The notes under the pieces are model-generated. The model ran no database searches, was not told the origin of the DNA, and saw nothing but the letters and a program-made list of their open reading frames with translations. A stretch of 64,000 nt of DNA from NCBI GenBank assembly GCA_051294905.1, contig CM119372.1, positions 36,272,001 through 36,336,000 on the forward strand, in the 5' to 3' direction. Each line of letters opens with the position of its first letter. Positions within the stretch are counted from its first letter, which is position 1. The DNA comes from Botryllus schlosseri. Lineage: Eukaryota. This document shows positions 24,595 through 36,433 of this stretch, one piece after another. The translations under genes were made by a program, and so were the position numbers.

Positions 24595-26273
24595 CAGTGC
24601 TTCTCAACCGGTGGGTCGCAAGGCTATTTCAGCAGGTGGCAGGTGGGTCCTGACGACGTTTTAAATGTTATACTTTCCTATTCAAGTTCCGAAATATTCC
24701 AAACACTTTATATTCTCAAGATTAGAGGAGTAAATGTATATTCTCCTCCTACAAATTTATTGTGTTGCGCCCATAAACGCCACAAGCCACGTTGCCGTGC
24801 TCCCAATAATTCGCGAACCAAATTTTTGTCAGTCATATTAATTGGATCGTGAAATCCGACAGTGCGTCACTGTGTAATGTGTATGCATGAGATTGAAATT
24901 CAGTCTTTCCTTCAAAGTCTTTGCGAACGTTGATCAGTAAATGCATCAATCTAGTCCGAGTTGCTGTTACAATCAGCAAACAATTGCCGTAACGCAAGCT
25001 CCTCATAACTCCTTTGTATTCGACGTAATTGACGAATTGCTGATACGAATTGCTGAATTGCGGTACGCGCTTCTCGTCTGTTATTGTTTGTGGTATACAT
25101 GGTGTTTTCCACTACAATGGTCAGTCATTTACACCAGACCAGTATGTTTTATCATGATTGCGAATCTGCCAACTTGGAGCACGGTCCACTTTCAGACGTT
25201 TTTAGAGCACCGCTTTCGCAGATCGGATGGCGAGGAGCCTAGATAAGCCTTTCACGCCTGTAATCATCTCCTACACATATATATATCGACTTTCAATTAA
25301 ATAATTAAATAAAAGGGCCAAAGAAAACAGGAAACCAAAGAACATCAAGATAATCCGTTTTGGGCCCTTGTTAAGCGCCTCCAGCGTGGGCGGTCGTGGG
25401 CGTCTTCGAGCGAAAGCCCGCGTTGCGCTAGCTCGGTCTCTATTGTCGAGCGCCATGTGGTTCTATTCCAGCCACCTCTGCGCCATGGCTCCGTCGGAAT
25501 GTGGTTGATGATGGCGGCGGCTGGTTGATCGTCTTGATGCCGCACTAGATGACCGATTAGGCGGAATCGTCGTTCAGCAGCCAGCAAACGGCATGGGACC
25601 GTTTTTGTAAGTTTGCGCAGAGCATTGGTGGATATGTGCTCCGGGTGGTGGATGCCGACCTCCTACACGCAGGACCTCAACTGCCGCACCTACACCCCCC
25701 AATTGGTGCATCGATCTCGAAAAGGGGCAAAAATTATCTCATGAACCAACATTAAATATGGAGTAGTTGTTTGCAGATTTATTATTGAACTTCTTTCAAA
25801 TTTTCTTCGCGCCGCGCGCGATTTGACATCCTTCGATGTCTTGGTTTTAATACCCACCTCCCAAATAAAATGATACGCATAATTTGTAGTAATGGGCCTT
25901 TCAGTATCGGCCATTACCAAGACATAAGGAGTTTTGGCAAAATGTGCTCTTAAAAAGGTCGACAAGGAGAAGACCTCTGCCGAAAAGGATCGAAATCTTC
26001 GGCATATAAAATTTTCCATTAACTATAGGCGCCTAAATGGCCGGCTCCAAGTATTGATGTCGTCAAAAATTCATAGTATAGTATATGCAATTGCCGATAT
26101 CATAGACCGAATACCATCATGAATTTGGGAAAATATTCCCGCTAGGCGCGACCGGATGACTGGCGCCCACAAGCAGTGGTTTAAACGTTATTCACGAAAG
26201 GGCTTCTGGTGGGTCGCGTAAGGAAATTTGGATGAAAAGTGGGTCGCGAACTGAAAAAGGATGAGAAGCACTC
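24595..26273. mobile_element. Non-autonomous hAT-type element (1679 bp)
   Basis: CAGTGCTTCTCAACC...GGATGAGAAGCACTC termini, GTGGGTCGC subterminal repeats, perfect 8-bp TSD CTGTAAAC (24587-24594, 26274-26281). Confidence 0.85.
25345..25680 (-). mobile_element. 3' fragment of an RTE-like LINE inside the hAT element
   Basis: RRFRLIGHLVR...RRGGWNRTTWRSTIETEL...AHDRPRWRRL resembles the RTE-clade ORF C-terminus. Confidence 0.65.
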
Positions 26274-27097
26274 CTGTAAACGACTATCGGCAGTAGCACG
26301 TTTCTCTTGTCATGGCAATTTTACATCGACTCATATAGATTCCATCATGAATATATTTAAATGCGAAAAAAAAACCGAAATGTCACTCTCTAGCACCATA
26401 TGCTTGCAAAAACGGTTGCATACGTTACATTTTGCATTGATTTCAATTTTTGAAAGTCTACCGGTCCGCCAATTATTTTTTTAAATTTTACCGGTCCGCG
26501 AGGTGAAAAAGGTTGAGAACCACTGCTCTACGGTTTCATCAATACCACATATACTTCGCACAGTTGCGAGTCGCTGCATCCGATCTTGATCAAGTCTGCA
26601 GCGCGTCCTTCTTAACCGCAGAACGATCGTGTTTCCGAATCTTTTGTCCACCTCAGGTAGTCTGACAGGTCACAATCCTGCTTAGATTTCCCAGTGATTG
26701 TGGTATACAAGTGTGTAATTAACCAGAATAAAGCTTCCAGTTTCGATTCGTTTATCTGCGTCTGCAACAGGTCATGGTCTGTTAACTCGCTATTCTCGTA
26801 TGATCTCAAAGATCAACACCCATTGACACTGCAAACTGTAAGCCTTCCTAATCTGTTCGAACAGGTATTACAGTAAAGCAGGCGTAAGTCATCATGAACA
26901 TGTGAGCAATTGAGCATGCGATATGCATGCTCATGACAATTTAGCATGTGGGTCAAAGTTAAGGTAAGGTTAGGGTTTGGATAAGGGACAATTTGGTGGT
27001 TTCAAGATCACAAGATCAAGTGTGGCATGCTCATTGCTCATATGTCCTTTTCATTGTGTCGAATGCAAAAATGATTGGCAACCAAAGAAATATAAGG

Positions 27098-27634
27098 CAG
27101 AGGCGTCAGACATACGGCACGCGGGCCGCATCCGGTTAAACAAATATATAATTCCAAAATCTATGGTCGCACTGCTGTGTTATTTCCAACGCCGGTCCCC
27201 GGACTTAAGAGAAACCTGAAACGCGATTTATTAATAATAAACCATATTCCAACGTGCGCGTTTACCGGTAAATATCTTATATTCCTCCGAACGCATACGC
27301 GTGGCTGACGTCAGATTACGACTAAAGGAAAGGGGGCATTCAAATATGCCGACTTATATCGTCGCTAGCGCCACTGTTCTGTCGGCTCTTAGCTCTATTC
27401 AACCGGACAATCGATGTGTTTTTACCAATTCCATTGTTCGCGAATCAAGTTGTTACGACTTGTTAGAATAAAACCCTCATGACCCGTGTATTATATGTTT
27501 CGACTTGACAATAAAGTATTCAAGTGAAAAGCAAGAGCACGAGGTAACATTTAGGAATCAGTAGACTTGCCGGCCCGCGAGCGATGTGAAGGCTGGAATC
27601 CGGCCCGCGACGCAATTTGAGTTTGACACCCGTG
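27098..27634. mobile_element. hAT-type MITE, same family as 621-1015
   Basis: CAGAGGCGTCAGACATACGG...GAGTTTGACACCCGTG termini; internal similarity (CAGATTACGACTAAA, TATTCAACCGG). Confidence 0.65.
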
Positions 27635-28450
27635 ATATCACAATAGACTTTTGCCTAATGTCTTTAAATCAGTGATTCTCAACCTTTTTGACATCGCGGA
27701 CTAAAACTTCAATACAAACGTTGCGGACTGATGACATTTCTAAAACTTGAATTCTCTCTAAATTTAATTACGAAAAATGGGTGCAAGCCAATTCTAGTAT
27801 TGGGAACTTCCCTTAATGGTGTCAATGGTATCTTACTGATACTAGATATTTATATGTGGTTCCATTGAATGTTCTGCAAGGCGAAGCTCGTGAAGTCCAG
27901 TTAAAGACCACTAACTCGAACATGGTTGTTTGGCATCCTTCGAAAGAAATACAAGTTTGGTATTTACTAGCCTCTATTATACTGCCAAGGGTCGATTAAT
28001 TGCACAGTCGAAAATTAACGAAGTTTGTGTGAAAGTGTCCGTAGTTTTCGCATATAACTTGTCCGAAAAGAATTGTAGGCTACTTTCTAAACTTGCACCG
28101 TTGTAACAGACGTAGACCGTGAACTCTCAATTGCGACACAGTACAAAAAGTACGGTCCAATCTTCTAAATACGTTTGAATTTTGATTTTTCATTTTTCTA
28201 ATTAATGGACTAGAGCCCAACTTCTTGTATTCTGAAACTGGGATATAAAATTCTAATCTATCTGGCGGACCGACAGGAAACTTGCCACGGACCGGCCGTT
28301 GAGAACCGTAGGTCCGTAGCTTCAAATCACGTCCTGTGTTAATATCTCATATCGACATAAAATTTCCAGTGGCGTATATACAGACGTAGGTGTTTCGGAT
28401 TCGGAATATATATTTAAGCCATACATCGTCATATCCTTGAGAGCTGTCCG

Positions 28451-28591
28451 GCGTGCATGGAAGGGCTGCCGGTGACATTGACGACTACGGGCAAGGGAAT
28501 GGATCCAAATACTGTAATAGCAGGGGAATCTGTTTTATACGGGATCACTTTCTACCTTTGCACAGTTCAAGAGACGTACGTTTCTCGCTAA
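28451..28591 (+). pseudogene. Truncated 5' fragment of a 7TM paralog (closest to paralog 3)
   Basis: Encodes ACMEGLPVTLTTTGKGMDPNTVIAGESVLYGITFYLCTVQETYVSR*, versus MACMEGLPVKLTYTGKEMDPNAVIAGESVLCGITVYL; first ATG lost; upstream CCAGTGGCGTATA...TAGGTGTTT also matches ~30370. Confidence 0.85.
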
Positions 28592-28774
28592 TACATATGT
28601 CGAGAATATTATTGGACATAGGGAAATGGTTGCAATCGATTTATTTATCATCATCTTTGTTACCATGATCATGAAATATTAACGTGACGCCAGAATTTTA
28701 AAAAATGCTCATGCGATCCATTAGTGATATACTATCGAATGTAAACAATAAAACATGGAATGACAACGAGCGAT

Positions 28775-29278
28775 TTTGCAGCTTCGTTCCGCTTCGCTGA
28801 GGCTGAACCAGAATTGTTTTGCGGCAGCCACTAGAGGATTGCTGACAATTCAAAAGCTATCGTCCAGTGCGCAGAATCCAATCCGGTCCTGATCGAAAGC
28901 TACTGTCGCGCCGATTCCGAAAATATAAATTAAAATATGATTAGACACTGGAACCACTCTTAATTCGCCCTCCACGTCTGACATATCGGCATTTTCCGAA
29001 CAATCGGAGAGCGCAATGGGTCATTGTTTTACGGTCATCCGATTTTTCTCAACAATGCAGTTCCAAATGTTGAGGGTGATTTTTGATCAGGTTCCGGAGC
29101 CTGGACCATATTTCAATTTATATTTGAGGAATCAGTGCGACAGTAGCTTTTCATCGAGACCAGATCCAGTGAATTCTGCGCTCTTGACAATAGATTTTGA
29201 GTTGCCAGAAATCTTACGGTCACTGCCGCAAAACAATTCAGAATCCAGCCTCAGCGACGCGGAACGAAGCTGCAAAAG
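28775..29278. mobile_element. MITE-like element with ~140-bp imperfect inverted repeats
   Basis: TTTTGCAGCTTCGTTCCGCTTCGCTGAGGCTG...GCTACTGTCGC at the left is mirrored by GCGACAGTAGC...CAGCCTCAGCGACGCGGAACGAAGCTGCAAAA. Confidence 0.75.
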
Positions 29279-29348
29279 CTGTGATTTGACTACAGTGATC
29301 TGTCTGTCAGCTGGGTGCTGGTAATCAGTCATGATATCATACGGTATG

Positions 29349-30205
29349 CAGGGGCGGGCAACATACGGCCCCCGGGCCGGATCCGACCCGCGGACAGTTT
29401 TCCGTCTCACATGATAATGTGGCCCGCGGCCCCAGTCTCCCGAGATTCCCCACTACTTGCTTACATACATCAAATTAGTGACTGTATGTTATTATATACA
29501 TGTATGCGCAGCGAGCGAGGGTGGAGCTTACACGTAAGTTCGTCGAAGCGAGAAGCAGACTTGCATCATCGGCATATACGATGTACTCAACCCTAATGTT
29601 ATTTGTGGTAATCATGGTTTTTGTCGACGACAACGGTCATTTACACCACGCCGATATTTCCTATTTTTGATTCCGTAACCGTCGACTTGTAGCACGGCAC
29701 ACTTCTAACCTTTTGTAAGACACCGCTTATGCCAGGGGTCGCCAACTCAAAATGGGTCGCGGGCAACTTTCAAAGTTAGAGGCGGCGGGCCGCGTTGAAT
29801 TCACTATCGAGATAAAATAGGCCACACAGTTGAACAATCACACGCTATCTTGTCACCTACTAAACCCTAATGAATTGATATGTTTGTAAATTTGGGGTAC
29901 CGGGCTTATCGAACGCCTTGAAATTTTCATTAAGGATTGCACAGTGTGTATATTGATCAGAGAGAAGCAGACATGGTGGTGCCTGTATGACAATGTTATT
30001 CTGAATTCCACATTGTCTGCGTCATTATTGGCGAGAAATGGCTTCGAAGTTACATTGCTGTCGTTAAAATACATGCAATAAATACGATTTATTCCCTGTA
30101 TATGTGGATAAATGGGCGAATAATGTATCAATTTAGCAATCCGGCCCACCAAGTAGCTAATTTTCCTATATCCGGCCCGCCGACTGGAGAAGTTGCCCGC
30201 CCCTG
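29349..30205. mobile_element. Non-autonomous hAT-type element
   Basis: CAGGGGCGGGCAAC...GTTGCCCGCCCCTG perfect 14-bp TIR; CGGTATG duplicated on both flanks. Confidence 0.8.
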
Positions 30206-30449
30206 CGGTATGTTTGGACATTGTATACACTCGTATGGAATTACTTTAACAATGTGCGCGTATAATATTTCAAAAGTCACATTTCGACTGCAAAGAAACG
30301 CCGAGGGGAATCTTGCCTTTTGTATTTAAATACCGCACTTTATTAATATATCATACCGGCATATCGTGTCCAGTGGCGTATAAACATAGGTGTTTGAGAA
30401 TATTTCTTAACGATATACATAGTCGAATCCTAAGAGAACTCTACGAATC

Positions 30450-31580
30450 ATGGCTTGCATGGAAGGGCTGCCAGTTAAATTGACTTACACAGGCAAGGAA
30501 ATGGATCCAAATGCGGTAATAGCTGGGGAATCTGTTTTGTGCGGGATTACTGTCTACCTTGGCGTAGTTCAATGGACGTACGTTTTCCGGAAACACGCTT
30601 GCCGCGATTGCAAGAGTTCAACATCGATGGTCGCGAACATTATGCTTGCTTCCAGTTGTGTACTAATCCTTTTTTCCCAGATAGTGGAAATCGTTGCGAT
30701 GGTATACACGAATGAATACGTATCGGCGAGGGAAAGATACTGTACCGCGCTGCGAAGTGTCATTCACGCGAAAAATTATTCAAACGACGATGTTAATTCG
30801 TGGAAAAATTTGTCAGGCTTGATACGTTACTGCAACGTATCCGCACAGTACTCCGACACGTCCATCATTTGGTGTCCTGAATCGGAAAGACTGGTCGCTT
30901 ATAGACTTGAATTTGCGGGAAGGTATTGCGGAATGGGCGCCTACGCCATTGCAGTGACGATCGCATATGGCGTGATATGGCAAAGACAGAGATCAATCTA
31001 TGGGGAGCCGGCATTGTCCAACCTGTCCAATAGCATAACAAGGATGATTAGTAAATATTTCATTATTTACTTGATATCAGTTACCTCTGTCGTGGTAATT
31101 GTGTTCATGTACTATTTGTCAGAATATTCAATTTCAAGTGCATTGGACGAAGCGAATGAATTTCCGAAATTCACAATACTAATGTTATTATTTCCGTGGT
31201 CGATTCAACTACCCTTGTTGATTTTATTTGTACTTCCACTGATTAAAGTCAAGAAATTTAATCGCACCTCAAACATTGTGACTGATCCTAAATATGTCCG
31301 ATTAATAATCCGGTTAATCGTTGTCACATCGGCCTGCGTAGTCTCGGATACGGCATTGGCGGTATCGACTAGATATTTCATCGTCATAAATTCTTTTAGA
31401 TTCATTTTTACCCATGTGAACTTCGTCATTAACCTGCTTTGTGTCACTTTAATCGCCACCGACTGGAAATCGAGGCTTGTCCCGTGGGTCGGTTTGTGCT
31501 GTCAAACAAGCCCGCCTGCGTCCAACCCAAATTCAGGTGTTACAAGCTCAGAAAATATGGATAGTGGCACGCGAATGTGA
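30450..31580 (+). CDS. Orphan 7TM (GPCR-like) protein, paralog 3 (376 aa)
   Basis: Intact single-exon ORF with the same motifs (WQRQRSIY, FPWSIQLP, DWKSRLVPW) and a Ser/Thr-rich cytoplasmic tail. Confidence 0.85.
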   Translation: MACMEGLPVKLTYTGKEMDPNAVIAGESVLCGITVYLGVVQWTYVFRKHACRDCKSSTSMVANIMLASSCVLILFSQIVEIVAMVYTNEYVSARERYCTALRSVIHAKNYSNDDVNSWKNLSGLIRYCNVSAQYSDTSIIWCPESERLVAYRLEFAGRYCGMGAYAIAVTIAYGVIWQRQRSIYGEPALSNLSNSITRMISKYFIIYLISVTSVVVIVFMYYLSEYSISSALDEANEFPKFTILMLLFPWSIQLPLLILFVLPLIKVKKFNRTSNIVTDPKYVRLIIRLIVVTSACVVSDTALAVSTRYFIVINSFRFIFTHVNFVINLLCVTLIATDWKSRLVPWVGLCCQTSPPASNPNSGVTSSENMDSGTRM

Positions 31581-33721
31581 CTGAGCTCAATCAATTTTTA
31601 TTATTTCATCTCACCATGCTCTGTTTATGCTTGCACTACTGATACGAGTGTTGATTTTGTTATGAGCCAAATTACTTTTTGCACCCATGATTGCGTTAAA
31701 TTGAAACGTACCGTTTGGTTTGATTTTCATTAATTTCATGACTGCAATTGCGATATCAACAATGTAGCAATAGGTAGCTAGGTCTGATTTCGAATAGGGT
31801 ACCAATTGTTAGCGACATTGTAGTCATTCTACGTGTACGTCACTAAGATGTACATTGCAATTTCAAAAACTGTCACGGACGATTAACTAACAATCAAGTA
31901 TGCACCGAGCCATGTCCTATATCGCACTACTTCGGACTATTATTTAGATAACTTTCCGATCTCTCATCACTTTCTACTTCCAGTATATCTTGGGTTTTTC
32001 TTGAAGTTCACCATTTCTGGTTCTCGTTGAACAGGATTTTACCGATGGGCCGCTTGTACTTGAGCTTTTAATTAATGAGTAACGTGACCTATACTGCGTA
32101 AGCTTGAGATCATATTTCCCAATTACAATCTAACATTGCCGCAGTCACACATGATCTGACAGCCGTCGCAGCTCTGTGGTCAGACCTGTGGTCATGCAAA
32201 CTAGGAGAAGCTTCTGCTGACTTTTATAATTTATTTTCAATAGTGACCGTTCTGAATCTGATCGCCCCAGGTTTTAGGACGACTTATCCCAAATACTGCT
32301 ATAGTTTAATATTATGAGAGATGACTTATTTGGGTGGTAGGCTAAATAAACCTAATTTCGTTGCGCGATCTCACCATTAAAACAACCATACCACAGAATA
32401 CCAAGCATTCGAATGTGAATCAACTTACTCTCAATATATTAAAACTCTTTTATCACTGATGACTCCATAATGCTTGGTTATTTATCATGAGATAAGAAAG
32501 TGTCCATTTATATTTACACTGCAAGCCGCTACATCAACGGAGGCAACCCACCAGATCACGGTCACGAATCATCTCCGTCATTTTTGATCCGGAACTGTGG
32601 TGAGAGGCGTCAGTCTGCAGTAACTTGTTACGTAACTCTAACGGATGGATACGTGCCTTATTGGCCGTCTTACAGAACTGGTCTGAAGATACCGTAACGT
32701 CTGCAGTGACAGAGGAAAGAAATGATTTAGCCACGCGTAATTGAAAACAGTGAAGGAAGGGTAGTGCCGGCGGGGTGTAGGCAGAATGAGTTAGCCTGCA
32801 TGATTTATACGATCCCGAAAAAAGTTTTGAGCAATCAGCAGAACATTTCAGCAGTTTGTTGAAGTTCAGTCCCGCATGAAAATGTATATAGTATTATAGG
32901 TACAGTTCAGTAACATCAATGGTTTATGATGTCTAATGCCTAGCAACCATTGCGGGTGTCTCTAGATCTCTGACACTGTTAAAATTGGCTACATCAACAA
33001 CTGAAGCCTCTGCAAATTTTCTAAAGTGGGGTCCTCCCAATTGCTGATGATCTCAATATTCATTCTCCAGAATAAATAGTTTCATGTTGCGTGTAAATAT
33101 ATCGGAAATGACAGCATTTCTAGTTGTTTATGACTTTTTGCCTTCACTGATATGCAGACACGGACAACGTTGTTCTGGGGAGAGTCATTTCGTCAATTCC
33201 TCGGTCAATTTGATGCCGAATGACTTTTCTGTCAATGCTGCATATACGTCCCCGCAGAGATGTCGCATTGCCATTTCCATTTATCGATTTAGGCGTGACG
33301 TAATACCTGAAGGTATCGGCCGGGGTATCTCTGCGTTGACCACCTTGATGCAAATTAGGGTTATCGGTGCTGTGGTCGGTGACAGCAAAGTGTAGAAATA
33401 CAATACATGGGGTAATGTACAGAATAAATACTACACATTCTTGGGGAGTCGGGACAAATAGTAGTTCATTCGAACCGTTAAGTGCAATTATACATCTACT
33501 TCGGGGAGTATTTAGAAATAAGATATTTCACTTACTATCTCCTTGATTTCAATTGCCCGTTATTTAAGGCAAATAAGCTTTAAGCTTATTACTAGCGAAG
33601 GCCAACTAGATTACAACAACTTCAAATTTGTAGAGGAGAACCTCTGCATTAGTAGGCCTATCGGCCGAAGGGTTCCATAAAACTAAAAGTGTTGGGAACC
33701 AGTGGTATCATTCATATAGAG

Positions 33722-35126
33722 CAGGGGTGGCCAACCTTTTTGTTATTCACAGCCGCATTTCGACCAGTCATGTAGCCTACGACCGCATTCCAGGGCATAG
33801 TCGTAATGAACCAGCTGGAAGCCAAATACCCATTTTAAACTGTGCATTAGGGCTGTTCAAAAATAACCTTTTTTCCTGAATCTTGCTGGTTACTTGATTA
33901 AATCGTTAGGTTGCCTTAAAAAACGACGCACACCAAATTTGAATTCATTCCAATCAATATTCGCGGATTTCGTAGAGTTTGAAAATTTTGAATTTGCCTA
34001 AAAATGCTAAAAAAATTTTTCAAATTTTCCTTCCAACCTTATGAAATTGTTGCGCTGTCTTCAAAAACGATGGAAAACAAATTTGACTCAATTCCAAGCT
34101 GCAGAAACGGAGTTATTCAAGTTTTTTGATGATAATTCTGGGATGATCCACCAATCAAGGATAATCCCAGAATTATCAAAGAAAAACTGAAATAACTCCA
34201 CTTCTACGGCTTCGAATTGAGTCAAATTGGTTTTGCATCGTTTTTGAAGACAGCGCAACAATTTCATGGGGTTGGCAGAAAAATTTGAAAAAATTTTTTT
34301 TTTGCATTTTTAGGCAAATTCAAAATTTTCAAACTCTACGAAATCCGCGAATATTGGTTGGAATGAATTCAAATTTGGTGTGCGTCGTTTTTTAAGGCAA
34401 CCTAACGATTTAATCAAGTAACCAGCAAGATTCAGGAAAAATGGTTATTTTTGAACAGCCCTACTGTGCATGTCCATTTTCGGCTTACTAGATGCTCTGG
34501 AATCGTGAGTGATATGAATAGATTCCTGAAATGAGCATGGTCGCGCGAAGCGCGAAACTGTTTCAGATTCACGAATAGATTTCGTCATTAATATTAGTAG
34601 TTTCACATATTCATATCAAACGTTTATCCTTTCTCAGCCCATGTGATCAGATTACCCCGTAGAGTTGATGGAGTGTGTGTTTTCGAAATTTTAGGTCAAG
34701 TTATAAATGATGATAGATCTTCGGGTGGGCAAATTGTAATAAGTCACTTTGTTGCATGCTGTTACGTCTTGACCTCTCATCAGGATTGTCGGTATAGTGC
34801 AAAGATATTGGAATCGCCCTATCGTACTAGAAACAAATTTCTTTCGTGAGGAAGACACGATTCCAAGTTTCTTATATACGAGACGCATCATTTTTCTCTG
34901 TTGTTCATAACTGTATACTGCGGTGCTCAGATTGCAAAGAGCGCGACTATGTTAAAATCGAAAAATGAAGTCGCATTGAATCGTGCACCGCGAGAAGACA
35001 ATTTCAAGAATAATTAAAATCTCTTAAAAAATCGGAAGTCAATTCGTAAATTCGATTTTCATGTTGACGGCCGCCAACACATACTAATTGAATTACGTGT
35101 CCACGGCCGCAGGTTGGCCACCCCTG
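33722..35126. mobile_element. Non-autonomous hAT-type element hosting a nested MITE
   Basis: CAGGGGTGGCCAACC...GGTTGGCCACCCCTG perfect TIR; flanks ATATAGAG and ATATAGGA. Confidence 0.8.
33848..34463. mobile_element. Palindromic hAT-type MITE (616 bp), same family as 14330-14944
   Basis: TAGGGCTGTTCAAAAATAAC...TTATTTTTGAACAGCCCTA; perfect TSD CTGTGCAT (33840-33847, 34464-34471). Confidence 0.9.
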
Positions 35127-35317
35127 ATATAGGATTTCAGTAAATATCAAGTGTTGAGACGGGCATGGTACTTTTCCCATAACCTGCTTTTGATAAGTGG
35201 TGGCAACGTTGCCAGCAAATATCAGGTTCTATGTATCACACAGACGTTCCGTTTAATTTCACGTTATCCCAATCATTTGTATGCATTCGATTTCAGGAAA
35301 TTCGGCATTTGCAAATC

Positions 35318-36433
35318 ATGGCCTGCATGGAAGGACAAGCAGTGCCGTTGACCTTCAACGGCGTTGAAATGGATCCGAATAGCGTTATAGCGGGAGAGGC
35401 TACTTTATGCGCAATCACTGTTTACCTAGGAGTGGTTCAGGTGATCTATATCTTCCGTGAACACGCCTGCAGCGGGCGAACGAATTCACAGAAAATGATT
35501 CAAAGTATTCCGTTAGCGATCAGCTGTATACTGGTGCTAGCTTCGGAGATAGTGGAAATCGTTGCGATGTCTTACGCCAATGATTACATCAACGCAAGGG
35601 AATCCTACTGCTCCGCAATAAGGAATATCAGCTATGTAGACACTTCGTGGAGCAACCAATCATTCATTTTCAGAAATTACTCAAACTTCATTCGTTACTG
35701 CAATATAACCTCCTTCAACTTTGAAACATTCCCATCTGATCCGCCGTGCCCGCAACAGAAGAAGCAAAACGCCATTAACCTGGATTACGCGGGGAGGTAT
35801 TTCAGCTTTGTAGCGTACGGGACTTCAATCGTAATCATTTTCGTCTTGATATGGCAAAGACAGAGAGTGATTTATCGAGAATCGGCGTTATCCCACCTGT
35901 CAAATAAATTCACAAGATTCATCAGCAAGTATTTTGTTGCCTACATTCTTGTTGTTGCGATTCTCAATGTCGCTTTGTTCATGTATTTTTTTAGCGAATA
36001 CTCTCTGGAATTTACGGTGTTAGACACCGAGAGATTCACGATACTGCTGCTGCTACTGCCGTGGTCAATACAGCTCCCGATGCTGTTGCTTTTCATATAT
36101 CCGCTGGTTAAGGTCCGAAATTTCAATCGCACCTCAGACATTGCCACTCACCCGAAATATATCCAACTGATGAAAAGGATAACTGTATTAACAGCGGCGT
36201 GCCTGTTCTCCGATACCGCTATGGCGATATCCACAAGCTATTTCGTCGTGGTGATAAATTTTAGGTTTATATTCGCCCACGTGAATTTTATCATCAATCT
36301 GATTTGCGTCAATTTAATCGCAACCGATTGGGACTCGCGGCTCGCTCCATGTCTGCGAATTTGCCGACGCGTGCCAAAAACGGAATCGGATGTTAGCATC
36401 TCGGAACGTGCGACAACGGAGTCCCGAGTATGA
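35318..36433 (+). CDS. Orphan 7TM (GPCR-like) protein, paralog 4 (371 aa)
   Basis: Start set at MACMEG (35318) by homology with the paralogs, not at the ORF-track ATG 35231; same seven segments and motifs (WQRQRVIY, LFIYPL, DWDSRLAP). Confidence 0.85.
   Translation: MACMEGQAVPLTFNGVEMDPNSVIAGEATLCAITVYLGVVQVIYIFREHACSGRTNSQKMIQSIPLAISCILVLASEIVEIVAMSYANDYINARESYCSAIRNISYVDTSWSNQSFIFRNYSNFIRYCNITSFNFETFPSDPPCPQQKKQNAINLDYAGRYFSFVAYGTSIVIIFVLIWQRQRVIYRESALSHLSNKFTRFISKYFVAYILVVAILNVALFMYFFSEYSLEFTVLDTERFTILLLLLPWSIQLPMLLLFIYPLVKVRNFNRTSDIATHPKYIQLMKRITVLTAACLFSDTAMAISTSYFVVVINFRFIFAHVNFIINLICVNLIATDWDSRLAPCLRICRRVPKTESDVSISERATTESRV

Noticed and set aside
35231..35317. 29-aa N-terminal extension of 7TM paralog 4 in the ORF track
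   Set aside because: All paralogs start at MxCM, and an acceptor-like TTTCAG lies at 35291-35296, so the upstream ATG is probably not used.
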